Shown one piece after another: positions 16,777 through 24,511 of a DNA stretch of 32,000 nucleotides. The stretch comes from an uncultured archaeon (GTDB taxonomy: Archaea; Asgardarchaeota; Thorarchaeia; Thorarchaeales; Thorarchaeaceae). The translations under genes and the position numbers were made by a program. Each line of letters begins with the position of its first letter. Positions within the stretch are counted from its first letter, which is position 1. The notes under the pieces were generated by a model. It was not told where the DNA came from. It saw only the letters and a program-made list of their open reading frames with translations, and made no database searches. Where the stretch lies: assembly GCA_964354495.1 (NCBI GenBank), contig CAYHAA010000007.1, positions 30,001-62,000 on the forward strand, read 5' to 3'.

Positions 16777-17142
16777 TTATTCCTCCTGTGCTTCCCCAAT
16801 GTGCGTCACAGCCACGACAACACTGGATACATTCTTGCTAACAGGTCGACACTCGATGACCTTCACAGTATCGCCCACTTTGAGACTGATACATGGTGGA
16901 TGATGGGCGAGCTTCTTTGACCGTCGGCGTTCGTATCTGGAGTACTTCTTCACCAGGCTTAGATAGTCGTGCTGGAATGCGATTGTATTGTGCATCTTTG
17001 TACTGGTGACTATGCCCTCAGTAATACGACCTCTGACCGAGAGGTCACCATGAAATGGGCAATGAATGTCATCGCATGTTGCTTCTGGTGGCTCCACGTT
17101 TGGAATGCCAATATTTCGGACCTTTGTCTTGGTGTGTACCAT
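16777..17142 (-). CDS. rps17: 30S ribosomal protein uS17
   Basis: RNIGIPNVEPP...CDDIHCPFHGDLSVRG, KKYSRYERR, CRPVSKN. ATG 17142 is used instead of the track's 188-aa ORF start. Confidence 0.96.
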   Translation of the reverse strand: MVHTKTKVRNIGIPNVEPPEATCDDIHCPFHGDLSVRGRITEGIVTSTKMHNTIAFQHDYLSLVKKYSRYERRRSKKLAHHPPCISLKVGDTVKVIECRPVSKNVSSVVVAVTHIGEAQEE

Positions 17143-17144
17143 CC

Positions 17145-17429
17145 TTACCAGCTCCTGCTGAGGCGTTTCTTCATTCTGTCTTCTGGTCTTCCACGAAGGA
17201 CATCTCCATTGATTCGAACCACTGTAGTATCCGGGAGTATCACATCGAAGACACAATTGCTCTTGGGCGCATGTACTTCCCTGTCCACTGTGCGGAAGTG
17301 AATCATTTCCTTTGACTCTCCTAGGATAACGCCCTTTCTGCACACAAAGCTCGGATCTGTCGATTCGACAATGTGCATTGATAGACCAGTCAGTTCATGT
17401 CTTGTGACATTCTCTGGAGTGATTCTCAT
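17145..17429 (-). CDS. rnp1: RNase P protein component 1 (Rpp29/Pop4)
   Basis: ITPENVTRHELTGL, GVILGESK, PKSNCVF, GDVLRGRPEDRMKK; canonical position between rpl29 and rps17. Confidence 0.93.
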   Translation of the reverse strand: MRITPENVTRHELTGLSMHIVESTDPSFVCRKGVILGESKEMIHFRTVDREVHAPKSNCVFDVILPDTTVVRINGDVLRGRPEDRMKKRLSRSW

Positions 17430-17638
17430 TCAGATGCCTCCGGCTCCTCTTGATGCTGAATTGTTAGAATCCGTGCTATTGCCCTCCTCACATTGCGGAT
17501 TCTGTACGGATTCTTAGTACCTCCACCTGTTGCGGAATCAATTCTGATTCTGGACATCTCATCATAGAGATCATCCAAGTTCTTTTGACGTTCTGCAGGT
17601 GTCAGCTTTCGGATATCTTTCGGGGTGAGTCTTGCCAT
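17426..17638 (-). CDS. rpl29: 50S ribosomal protein uL29
   Basis: DIRKLTPAERQKNLDDL, NPYRIRNVRRAIARILTI. Confidence 0.95.
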   Translation of the reverse strand: MARLTPKDIRKLTPAERQKNLDDLYDEMSRIRIDSATGGGTKNPYRIRNVRRAIARILTIQHQEEPEASE

Positions 17639-18519
17639 TACTCAGCATCCTCCTTGTCTAATTCATCCAGCTCTGAGAGATCATCGACGACACTCTCGTC
17701 GGCTTGTTCACTGGCATCTCTCTCAGGCTCTTTATCTGGCGCCTTATGTTCCTCCGGAGCTGTTTCGTCTTCCAGAAGCTCAAGACCATCAAGCTCTTCC
17801 AGCTCTCTGAGTTCATCGATATTCGTGATTCCCTCAAGAGCCTCCCCCATGGCCTCTTCTTCTTCGGTAGTCTTTGCTTCACCGGCCTTCTTGACCAGTT
17901 CAATCTCTTCAGGTTTCTTTGGTTTTGGAGGCTTGATAGTAATGACTCCCGGCATGTTTGCATCCGGTCTCATAATCAGGACCTTTATGCCAATGACTCC
18001 AGGCTTGAGAACAGCTTTGTCATCCGCCTCATCGACAAAGACACTTGCTGGTTGTCCCGTCTTGGCAACGATTCCCTGTTTGAATTTCTGATAACGGGCT
18101 CTTCTGCTGGAGAGCTTGCCCTTCACAATAATCTCACATCCAATGGCGCCAGCTCGCATGACTCTCCTAAGGATCCAGTATGCCATTCTCCGGAATCTGA
18201 CACCACGCTCTAGCTGTCTAGCTAGCCTTGATGCCATGACTGCCGCATCAAGCCATGGATTCTCTATCTCATTGACTTCGATTTGGACATTCTCCATCCC
18301 GAACTCATTTTCAAGAATGTAAGTCAGCTCCCTGATCTTTGCTCCACGTCTTCCAATGACAACACCAGGTCGTGAAGCGTTGATGACGACCTCCGTCTTC
18401 ATGGGCATCTTTCTGATCTCGACACCACCGTATCCTGCAGCATTGAGTTCCTTGTTCAGGAATTCGTCAATTGCCACTTTGCGTGAGTTCTGCTCAATGA
18501 AGTACTTGACCGCCGACAT
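17638..18519 (-). CDS. rps3: 30S ribosomal protein uS3 with a long acidic C-terminal tail
   Basis: AGYGG, RPGVVIGRRG..I, LERG..FRR, GCEI...GK, PGVIGIKVLIM. Confidence 0.97.
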   Translation of the reverse strand: MSAVKYFIEQNSRKVAIDEFLNKELNAAGYGGVEIRKMPMKTEVVINASRPGVVIGRRGAKIRELTYILENEFGMENVQIEVNEIENPWLDAAVMASRLARQLERGVRFRRMAYWILRRVMRAGAIGCEIIVKGKLSSRRARYQKFKQGIVAKTGQPASVFVDEADDKAVLKPGVIGIKVLIMRPDANMPGVITIKPPKPKKPEEIELVKKAGEAKTTEEEEAMGEALEGITNIDELRELEELDGLELLEDETAPEEHKAPDKEPERDASEQADESVVDDLSELDELDKEDAE

Positions 18520-18984
18520 CTATGCCACCTCTTCCAAAACGATTTCAATATGTGAGGACTCCTCACAGAAGGGCGTGCTTTTTCCGAACGCTCTCTCGAT
18601 GTACTTCTTGTAGATTCGCCCTCTATGCGTGACTGCATGAACGACCTTGAGCCGATCAATGTCGAGTCCCTTATTGTCTGCATTTGCCTCAGCATTCTTT
18701 AGAATCTTGATGATGTGGGCAGATGCCTTGACGGGATGCCCGCCTGCCATCCACTTCTTCATTCCGGGATGGTGCGCACGGCTCTTGTAATGGCGCTTGT
18801 AGGGGATCCACTTCTCTTCCTTTATTACGGCCTCCAGAAGCTCTATGGCCTTGTCAAGCATCATTCCTCGGATTTGTTCACAGACTTCTCTGCATTGTTT
18901 TGGAGAAACCCGCATGTTCCTTCCACTAGCAATAGCTGTTCTATCCGGGTCAATGCCTATGATTGAATATCCATACGATGGCAT
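18520..18984 (-). CDS. rpl22: 50S ribosomal protein uL22
   Basis: AIASGRNMRVSPKQCREVC..IRGM, NAEANADNKGLD, RAFG.STP, HIEIVL. Confidence 0.97.
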   Translation of the reverse strand: MPSYGYSIIGIDPDRTAIASGRNMRVSPKQCREVCEQIRGMMLDKAIELLEAVIKEEKWIPYKRHYKSRAHHPGMKKWMAGGHPVKASAHIIKILKNAEANADNKGLDIDRLKVVHAVTHRGRIYKKYIERAFGKSTPFCEESSHIEIVLEEVA

Positions 18985-19192
18985 CGTGCGTCACTTCCGC
19001 TGTGTGACTATGGAAAGCTCACATCACTCTGCAAGCTTCTAAGTCATATTCGCGCTCTGCAACCACTCCAGACCCTACAGGCACACGTCTGCAGACAGTT
19101 CTCGCGAGCAGAACCAAGTAGTCTGCACTGCATCCATCGGCTCTGAAACAGTCACGTTCAATGAGCAACTGCTCGGTTCCGGATGACTTCAG

Positions 19193-19207
19193 CATTTAAA
19201 CCTTCTC
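19193..19207 (-). promoter_or_regulatory. Candidate BRE-TATA promoter for the rpl22-led operon
   Basis: GAGAAGG followed by TTTAAATG on the minus strand, about 208 nt upstream of the rpl22 ATG. Confidence 0.55.
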
Positions 19208-19226
19208 ACATGTCCGAGAACCACAT

Positions 19227-19664
19227 CTATGGATTATCTCCAAACTCATCTGTGACTCGTTTCAAGAGTGGACTGTTCACTGTCCTTTGAACTAGTTTCA
19301 CTCCGGCGTCCGTAAGTGTGCCTTTGATGTAATGCACTCCTGCAGATTGAATATACACGAATCCCTTTTTTCTGAGATTCTGGAGGCTTTTCAGGACTAT
19401 TTGCGTTAGTTCTTCCTCCGTCACGTCAAGAGTTCCTCCCGGGACTTGTAGGGTTTCACTCATCTTCAGGATGTTTCTCATCGAACTGAGCTGACGACGA
19501 TTACTGTCATAGGGATTGGTGTACATCCAAAGTAGTACAATCAAGTCGACAATATCGAGGCTGATACCTGGATTCCTCTCCAGTATCCTCATGGCCACGA
19601 GCTCGACAATTGGCATTTGTATCACATTCTCTACTGTTCCAACCCTCTTGAATGAATCGAACAA
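19227..19664 (-). CDS. Hypothetical protein, probable winged helix
   Basis: 145-aa ORF with host-like codon usage; C-terminal VLKSLQNLRKKGFVYI...LTDAG resembles a wHTH recognition helix and wing. Starts 1 nt after the upstream stop; exact start uncertain. Confidence 0.65.
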   Translation of the reverse strand: MFDSFKRVGTVENVIQMPIVELVAMRILERNPGISLDIVDLIVLLWMYTNPYDSNRRQLSSMRNILKMSETLQVPGGTLDVTEEELTQIVLKSLQNLRKKGFVYIQSAGVHYIKGTLTDAGVKLVQRTVNSPLLKRVTDEFGDNP

Positions 19665-19665
19665 A

Positions 19666-20379
19666 TCATACCAGACTCACATACCCGACAGTTGGCTGGA
19701 AGATATCCCCACTCCTCATGAGTCGTTCAAGTGAACTGTCAACTGATGCTTCTGAGATCCCCTCCTTCTCAAAATGACGCACAATCTCATCAACCCTCAC
19801 TCTCTCTCCTCGCATCTTCAGGAATGAGATGATTTCCACTGATACATCACGTTCGGCAACGCTCTTGGGCGATGAGTCTTCAGTGGTTTCCACGAGCCGT
19901 ACCTCCCATGGGTGTGGAAATATCAGCGCTCCGCTGTTTGATAGGTCCTGAATCATCTTCTCGACCCATGTCCAGCTCAGCCCCCGAGCATCACTTAACT
20001 CCTCGAGTCTGTCGAGAGTACAAGGCTTCTCCCTAGCTTCCTCTTCGAGTAGCGCTATCAGACGCGCTCGTTTTCCCGGGAGCACCAGTTGTTCATCATC
20101 AGTTGTCATCTTATCAATATCGACTGGAGTCTTGGGCAATAAGGAGCGGTATCTCTCCTTCGACCTTTCGACGGCTTGTTGGAATTCGTCTCCTCCCCTT
20201 GCAGCATTGAACTCCTTGACTGCATCCATTGCCTGTTGGGCGCCATCAAAGAGAGCACAGTTGGCCTTTGTGATGTCGATGATGCTGCCACAATAGCTGC
20301 AGCGCCTGCGTTTCTGCCCCACCGGGGAACTAGTGAAGTTTCTACACTTGGCACACATGAAGACTACGAATTGTTTCAA
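19666..20379 (-). CDS. Zn-ribbon (DUF1922-like) protein with C-terminal winged-helix domains
   Basis: N-terminal VFMCAKC...RRRCSYCG; C-terminal SVDSSLERLMRSGDIFQPTVGYV resembles an RPA32/MCM C-terminal winged helix. Confidence 0.7.
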   Translation of the reverse strand: MKQFVVFMCAKCRNFTSSPVGQKRRRCSYCGSIIDITKANCALFDGAQQAMDAVKEFNAARGGDEFQQAVERSKERYRSLLPKTPVDIDKMTTDDEQLVLPGKRARLIALLEEEAREKPCTLDRLEELSDARGLSWTWVEKMIQDLSNSGALIFPHPWEVRLVETTEDSSPKSVAERDVSVEIISFLKMRGERVRVDEIVRHFEKEGISEASVDSSLERLMRSGDIFQPTVGYVSLV

Positions 20380-20498
20380 TGGTGAAGCACCTGCACCAGT
20401 ACAGTGTTTATAGTTCTGGCTATTTAATGGTCCCTCTCTCTGGTCGAATGAAAATTGTTATATCCAATGCGCCGGCGTTTGCGCTTGGGAATCCGACA

Positions 20499-20723
20499 AT
20501 GCCGAGGAAGGCGAAGCAAATCCATATTGACGCCAAACTGTGTAAGGGATGCCATATCTGCATCTCTGTCTGTCCCCATGGTGTTCTGAAGAATTCAGAT
20601 GTTGTCGATAATCGTGGTTTCTTTCTCCCTATTGTGGTGGATATTGAGGCCTGCAAGGTCTGTCGGCTCTGTGAGATGGAGTGTCCGGATTTTGCAGTTT
20701 CTGTTGAGGAAGTCGAGGAATGA
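20499..20723 (+). CDS. 2x[4Fe-4S] ferredoxin (KorD/delta-subunit-like)
   Basis: CKGCHICISVCP and CKVCRLCEMECPDFAV motifs; ATG 20499 gives 74 aa. Confidence 0.92.
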   Translation: MPRKAKQIHIDAKLCKGCHICISVCPHGVLKNSDVVDNRGFFLPIVVDIEACKVCRLCEMECPDFAVSVEEVEE

Positions 20724-21124
20724 TTCTTGTGCATTAAGAGATCAATCTGAGATCCGCAGCCCATGCAGATTTCAGGCCACGCAATCTGAGTTGTGTCCTC
20801 GCCCTTACTACTATTGTCTATTTCAGCAGACACTTTCTACGCCTCCGACTGCCAACGAATCCTGTGCGCATCCGTAGTAGAACCGCCATTCACGATTTGC
20901 TGTTCCTGAAGCCTACTAGTCGCGAGGCGGCGCCGATGACACAAAGAACGCCCGCCCAATAGGACTCGGAACAGCGAAGTCTGTCGAAGTTAAGGAAGTC
21001 TTCATATTCACAATGCGACGAATGTTTCCTGCCCATATGCTCTTGGTAAAAAGGCAACACTCGGAATAATACATGCAATGATATATCATCAGATGATGAC
21101 TTGTATAGTCAGTTGTCTATGTAG

Positions 21125-21703
21125 GTGCACAAAGTGGAGAACCCTGACATTCAATTTCTTCTGAATATTAGAACGAAGTTGAACGAAGAGATTGATAGAC
21201 TGCGAGATATGATTGCACGCCTCGAGGAGCACATAGAGAATCTTGATGCTCAAATTGCCAAAGCAAGTTTCACAACAGCTGATGCTGCGCTCGCGAAGTC
21301 GCCAAGTGTCGAAGGCCCAGCTCCGGCCAAGCCGTCAGCAGAAACTACCGAGCCTCAGAGTATAGTCCTGATGGACAAGGCTGGCAAACTAGAGCTTGGA
21401 ATCATTGAGATCTCTGAACAGACTATGCGGTTCCTACCTGCTGAGCATGCAGTCTATGACATCACTCGTGGAGCCTTTGCTCGATTCTTCGTGGAGAGAA
21501 TTCTCGGTAAGTTCCAGCAGGAAGACCGTCATCGAGTTGAGAACGGTGAGATTGAATGGGAAGATGCTTTTGATTTTGAAGTACATTCAGAAGACAACAT
21601 CCTAGGTGAGATGGTCATCAGGAATTGCGGTGATGAGAATCGAATGAAGGAGATACAGTCTACTCTCCGATGGGCTCTTGAGAAGACGTACAGCGCTAGA
21701 TGA
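21125..21703 (+). CDS. Conserved archaeal hypothetical protein with an N-terminal coiled coil
   Basis: Heptad LNEEIDRLRDMIARLEEHIENLDAQI, a Pro/Ala linker, and C-terminal FF..RIL...DRHRVENGEI...IRN.GDENR..EI.STLRWALEK resembling an uncharacterised TACK-type family (recalled, not searched). Confidence 0.75.
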   Translation: MHKVENPDIQFLLNIRTKLNEEIDRLRDMIARLEEHIENLDAQIAKASFTTADAALAKSPSVEGPAPAKPSAETTEPQSIVLMDKAGKLELGIIEISEQTMRFLPAEHAVYDITRGAFARFFVERILGKFQQEDRHRVENGEIEWEDAFDFEVHSEDNILGEMVIRNCGDENRMKEIQSTLRWALEKTYSAR

Positions 21704-21819
21704 ACCAGTGATGGCGCCCTTATGAACTCACCCTCACTTCCCTTGCAAAAGAATATAACTTCCATCTAGTTCCACAGAAACCAGCCGTATCTTGCAGAGC
21801 GTATTCGGGAGCAATACAG

Positions 21820-22434
21820 ATGGAGACTCATCGTGACTCAGAAGAATTGCCTATCAGCCCTCAGATCATTGTAGAGGCTGTGCTTCATGCTCATGAGTTT
21901 TTCAAAGAGAACCGGATTGATGCAAGATATGAAAAGATGGCACTTGACCTTGTCCGGCGATATGTCTCTCAACAGGGCAGGCCACGGGAAGAAGATCCCC
22001 TCTTTGCTGCGGCGCTCTATATTGTGACACGGCATCCCTGGAGTCACCCAAATCCTCTGACGAAAACAGAGTTCGCTAACAAGCTCAATATGAAGGAGTC
22101 CAGCCTAGAATGGTACACAGAGAGTATCTGCGACAAGCTTGGCTTCTCAACAATTCATGATAGCACACAGCTTCCCTTCTTCATGGACCCTCAGGGAACG
22201 ATAGCCAGCGTTGTTGACTCTGTTGTTCGTGGTAATGTAGGTGAAGAGCTTGTAATCGGCATTGTTAGCCGCAATGTACTTTCGCCAGAGTCTCTAGCTG
22301 AGAAGATAGTCGATCAGCTATGCAGTGTTGTGAAAATCATTCCTAGCATTTTCGAGCCAGAGCTGTACGCCCTTGTCCGCAAGAAGATCGAAATCGAGAG
22401 CAAGAGGGTAAGTGAGCAGATCCAGAGAAGATAG
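21820..22434 (+). CDS. Hypothetical protein with a single TFIIB/cyclin-box-like repeat
   Basis: Residues ~38-103 (ALDLVRR...LFAAALYIVTR...P.TKTEFANKLNMKESSLEWY) align by eye to the repeats of the TFB at 27674-28699. Confidence 0.65.
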   Translation: METHRDSEELPISPQIIVEAVLHAHEFFKENRIDARYEKMALDLVRRYVSQQGRPREEDPLFAAALYIVTRHPWSHPNPLTKTEFANKLNMKESSLEWYTESICDKLGFSTIHDSTQLPFFMDPQGTIASVVDSVVRGNVGEELVIGIVSRNVLSPESLAEKIVDQLCSVVKIIPSIFEPELYALVRKKIEIESKRVSEQIQRR

Positions 22435-22439
22435 TTCCT

Positions 22440-22745
22440 CTACGAATCCTCAAGCTGAAGGTTTACTTCCTCAACAAACGTCTTTCCTGCTAGCACTTGG
22501 TCAATTGAGTGGATGACTGCCCCCGCGTTTTCTAGAACATCGCTGATGCTGTCGAAGTTCAGGTCATCTCCCTCTAGAGTGATAGTGATGCTCTCAGTGC
22601 TCTGATCCACTTCTTTGAGCGAGATGTTAACTCCACCTACGCGTGCATCGCGTACGAGCATCAAGGAAAGTTCAGTCAGCGGTGGGCTGTGAGGTTTCAA
22701 AACATCTAATACAATTCTTCGAATGCCTTGAGGCACTAATCGCAT
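22440..22745 (-). CDS. DUF211 family protein
   Basis: IRRIVLDVLKPH.P, GVNISL.EVD..TE...IT.EG, GAVIHSIDQV.AG are hallmark motifs. Confidence 0.9.
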   Translation of the reverse strand: MRLVPQGIRRIVLDVLKPHSPPLTELSLMLVRDARVGGVNISLKEVDQSTESITITLEGDDLNFDSISDVLENAGAVIHSIDQVLAGKTFVEEVNLQLEDS

Positions 22746-22987
22746 TCTCCCATTTTGGCTCTGAGGCCATGCTATACTTCGCTTCATGCTCTTCTTGTTT
22801 CCCTTGTTAAATCTTACGACAGAATACTATGCCATTGAAAATCCTGCATGAATGTTGATTATGATTAATTCATGATTAGTGGCGCGCCTCGGTTTCACAA
22901 CAGATGACGCTCCCCAAGGCTTATATCGTGTCAGCGAAAGCTTCAGTGATGTTCCTATTGTCATAGGCAACGCCGGGAAAAGAAAGG

Positions 22988-23314
22988 TTGGATGTGGCAT
23001 TGAGACAGGCGAAGCTCACTGATTCTACCAAGACCACTGAGACATCAAAGAAGTCGGCTAGTGTCCGCTCTATTAAGTATGAATCTGGTCGAACAATCGA
23101 CATTGACATTGCTGATTTCAAGGGCCATCCGCTATGGCCCATTCTGATTGAGACTGCAAGGAATAACCCACTGTTTGCAGGTAATGCAGGGTACGCACAC
23201 AATCACATCATTCCCGAAGACCCAAAGATTACAGCAAGGGAACTTGCCAGCAAGTTGTCCATTACGGTGGGAGAGGCCCTCGTCATTCTAGAAGGGTACG
23301 AATCGAAATCCTGA
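22988..23314 (+). CDS. Small hypothetical protein with a C-terminal HTH-like segment
   Basis: 108-aa ORF ending PKITARELASKLSITVGEALVIL; start uncertain. Confidence 0.6.
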   Translation: MDVALRQAKLTDSTKTTETSKKSASVRSIKYESGRTIDIDIADFKGHPLWPILIETARNNPLFAGNAGYAHNHIIPEDPKITARELASKLSITVGEALVILEGYESKS

Positions 23315-23378
23315 GTCTTTTTGTCACACATCGTAATTCTTATGCTAAGTCCACTAGGTACCAAGTGGTCATGATGCG

Positions 23379-24458
23379 ATGAGTAAACAACTGGAATTCC
23401 GCAGTGCCCGATACGCTCAAGCTCTGAAGAGAGAGATTGAGACTCTGAGCCATAATCGGCGGCTACGAATTGTTCATGTGTGCGGCACGCATGAGGACAC
23501 GATAAGCCAATATGGAATTCGTTCCCTGTTGCCCGAGAGCATGCATCTAGTTGCGGGTCCTGGGTGTCCAGTCTGCGTGTGCGCAGCCGAAGATGTAGAC
23601 ATGGCAATCGCACTCGCACGGCAAGGCCATATAGTGACCACCTTTGGAGACATGGTTCGTGTTCCCTCGACTGATTCCTCTCTGGCAAAAGAGCACACGA
23701 AGGGTGCCGACGTTCGAGTGGTGTATGGTACCAATGATGCCGTTGAGATTGCAAGGAAGAATCCTGACAGAGAAGTCGTGTTTGTCGGAGTTGGTTTTGA
23801 GACCACCGCCCCCACCATCGCACTAGAGCTCCTCCGTCCGCCTCCTCCTAACTTTTCGATTCTCACATCACTGAAGGTCATCCCTCCCGCAATGGATCTT
23901 CTTGTCAACATTGAAGGATTTGCAGTGGATGGCTTCATCACTCCTGGACATGTTTCAGCAATCATTGGCTCGAATGCATTCCAGTCTTTTGCGGAAAGCC
24001 ATCATGTACCGTGTGTTGCTGCTGGTTTCGAACCCCTGGATGTCCTTGAGGCTATTCGGATGATTGCGTTACAGATATCTGAAGGTAGAGCAGTCTCAGA
24101 GAATGAGTACACACGTGTAGTGCGTCCTGAGGGGAACACTACAGCGCAGAAGGTATTGAACCAGACATTCAGGATTGGTGATGCTCCATGGAGAGGTCTT
24201 GGGATCATCAGGAAATCTGGCTATTTCATCAGAAGAAAGTATCAGGAGCATGACGCTAGACTCAGGTTCGACTTTCCAGACATTGAGTCTGTTGATATTG
24301 TCCCAGGTTGCAGATGCCATGAAGTGATTCTCGGTATGGTTGACCCCGTGGACTGCAAGCTATTTGGAAACCGCTGTATTCCTGAGGATCCCTACGGACC
24401 ATGCATGGTTGGTCATGAGGGCACATGCAGAATCCGTCATGAGAACTTTGAGACCTAG
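23379..24458 (+). CDS. hypD: [NiFe]-hydrogenase maturation protein HypD
   Basis: VHVCGTHE, GPGCPVC, VGFETTAP, PGHVS, WRGLG, CRCHEVI.G...P.DC.LFG..C.P..P.GPCMV. Confidence 0.96.
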   Translation: MSKQLEFRSARYAQALKREIETLSHNRRLRIVHVCGTHEDTISQYGIRSLLPESMHLVAGPGCPVCVCAAEDVDMAIALARQGHIVTTFGDMVRVPSTDSSLAKEHTKGADVRVVYGTNDAVEIARKNPDREVVFVGVGFETTAPTIALELLRPPPPNFSILTSLKVIPPAMDLLVNIEGFAVDGFITPGHVSAIIGSNAFQSFAESHHVPCVAAGFEPLDVLEAIRMIALQISEGRAVSENEYTRVVRPEGNTTAQKVLNQTFRIGDAPWRGLGIIRKSGYFIRRKYQEHDARLRFDFPDIESVDIVPGCRCHEVILGMVDPVDCKLFGNRCIPEDPYGPCMVGHEGTCRIRHENFET

Positions 24459-24511
24459 GAATGTCGCTGGAACAGAAGCTCATCTGTCAATACTCTCAGA
24501 GGACTTGGAGG

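Noticed and set aside
16777-17343. 188-aa uS17 with an N-terminal extension or Rnp1 fusion
   Set aside because: The extension overlaps rnp1 in another frame; ATG 17142 gives a normal uS17.
11191-18613. Numerous plus-strand ORFs opposite ribosomal protein genes (e.g. 12927-13247, 13390-14004, 17585-18091)
   Set aside because: These are antisense shadows; the Phe/Ser/Leu runs mirror Lys/Glu codons of the real genes.
19028-19127. TCTGCA recurrences as a mini-CRISPR array
   Set aside because: The repeat is only 6 nt with uneven spacing (28, 32, 34 nt) and there are no cas genes; kept only as part of the leader finding.
20379-20498. 40-aa N-terminal extension on the ferredoxin
   Set aside because: It spans the divergent promoter region and starts at the same base as the opposite gene; ATG 20499 gives a normal ferredoxin.
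20890-21078. 62-aa minus-strand ORF MHVLFRV...
   Set aside because: No SD, motif or clear coding signal; cannot be supported.
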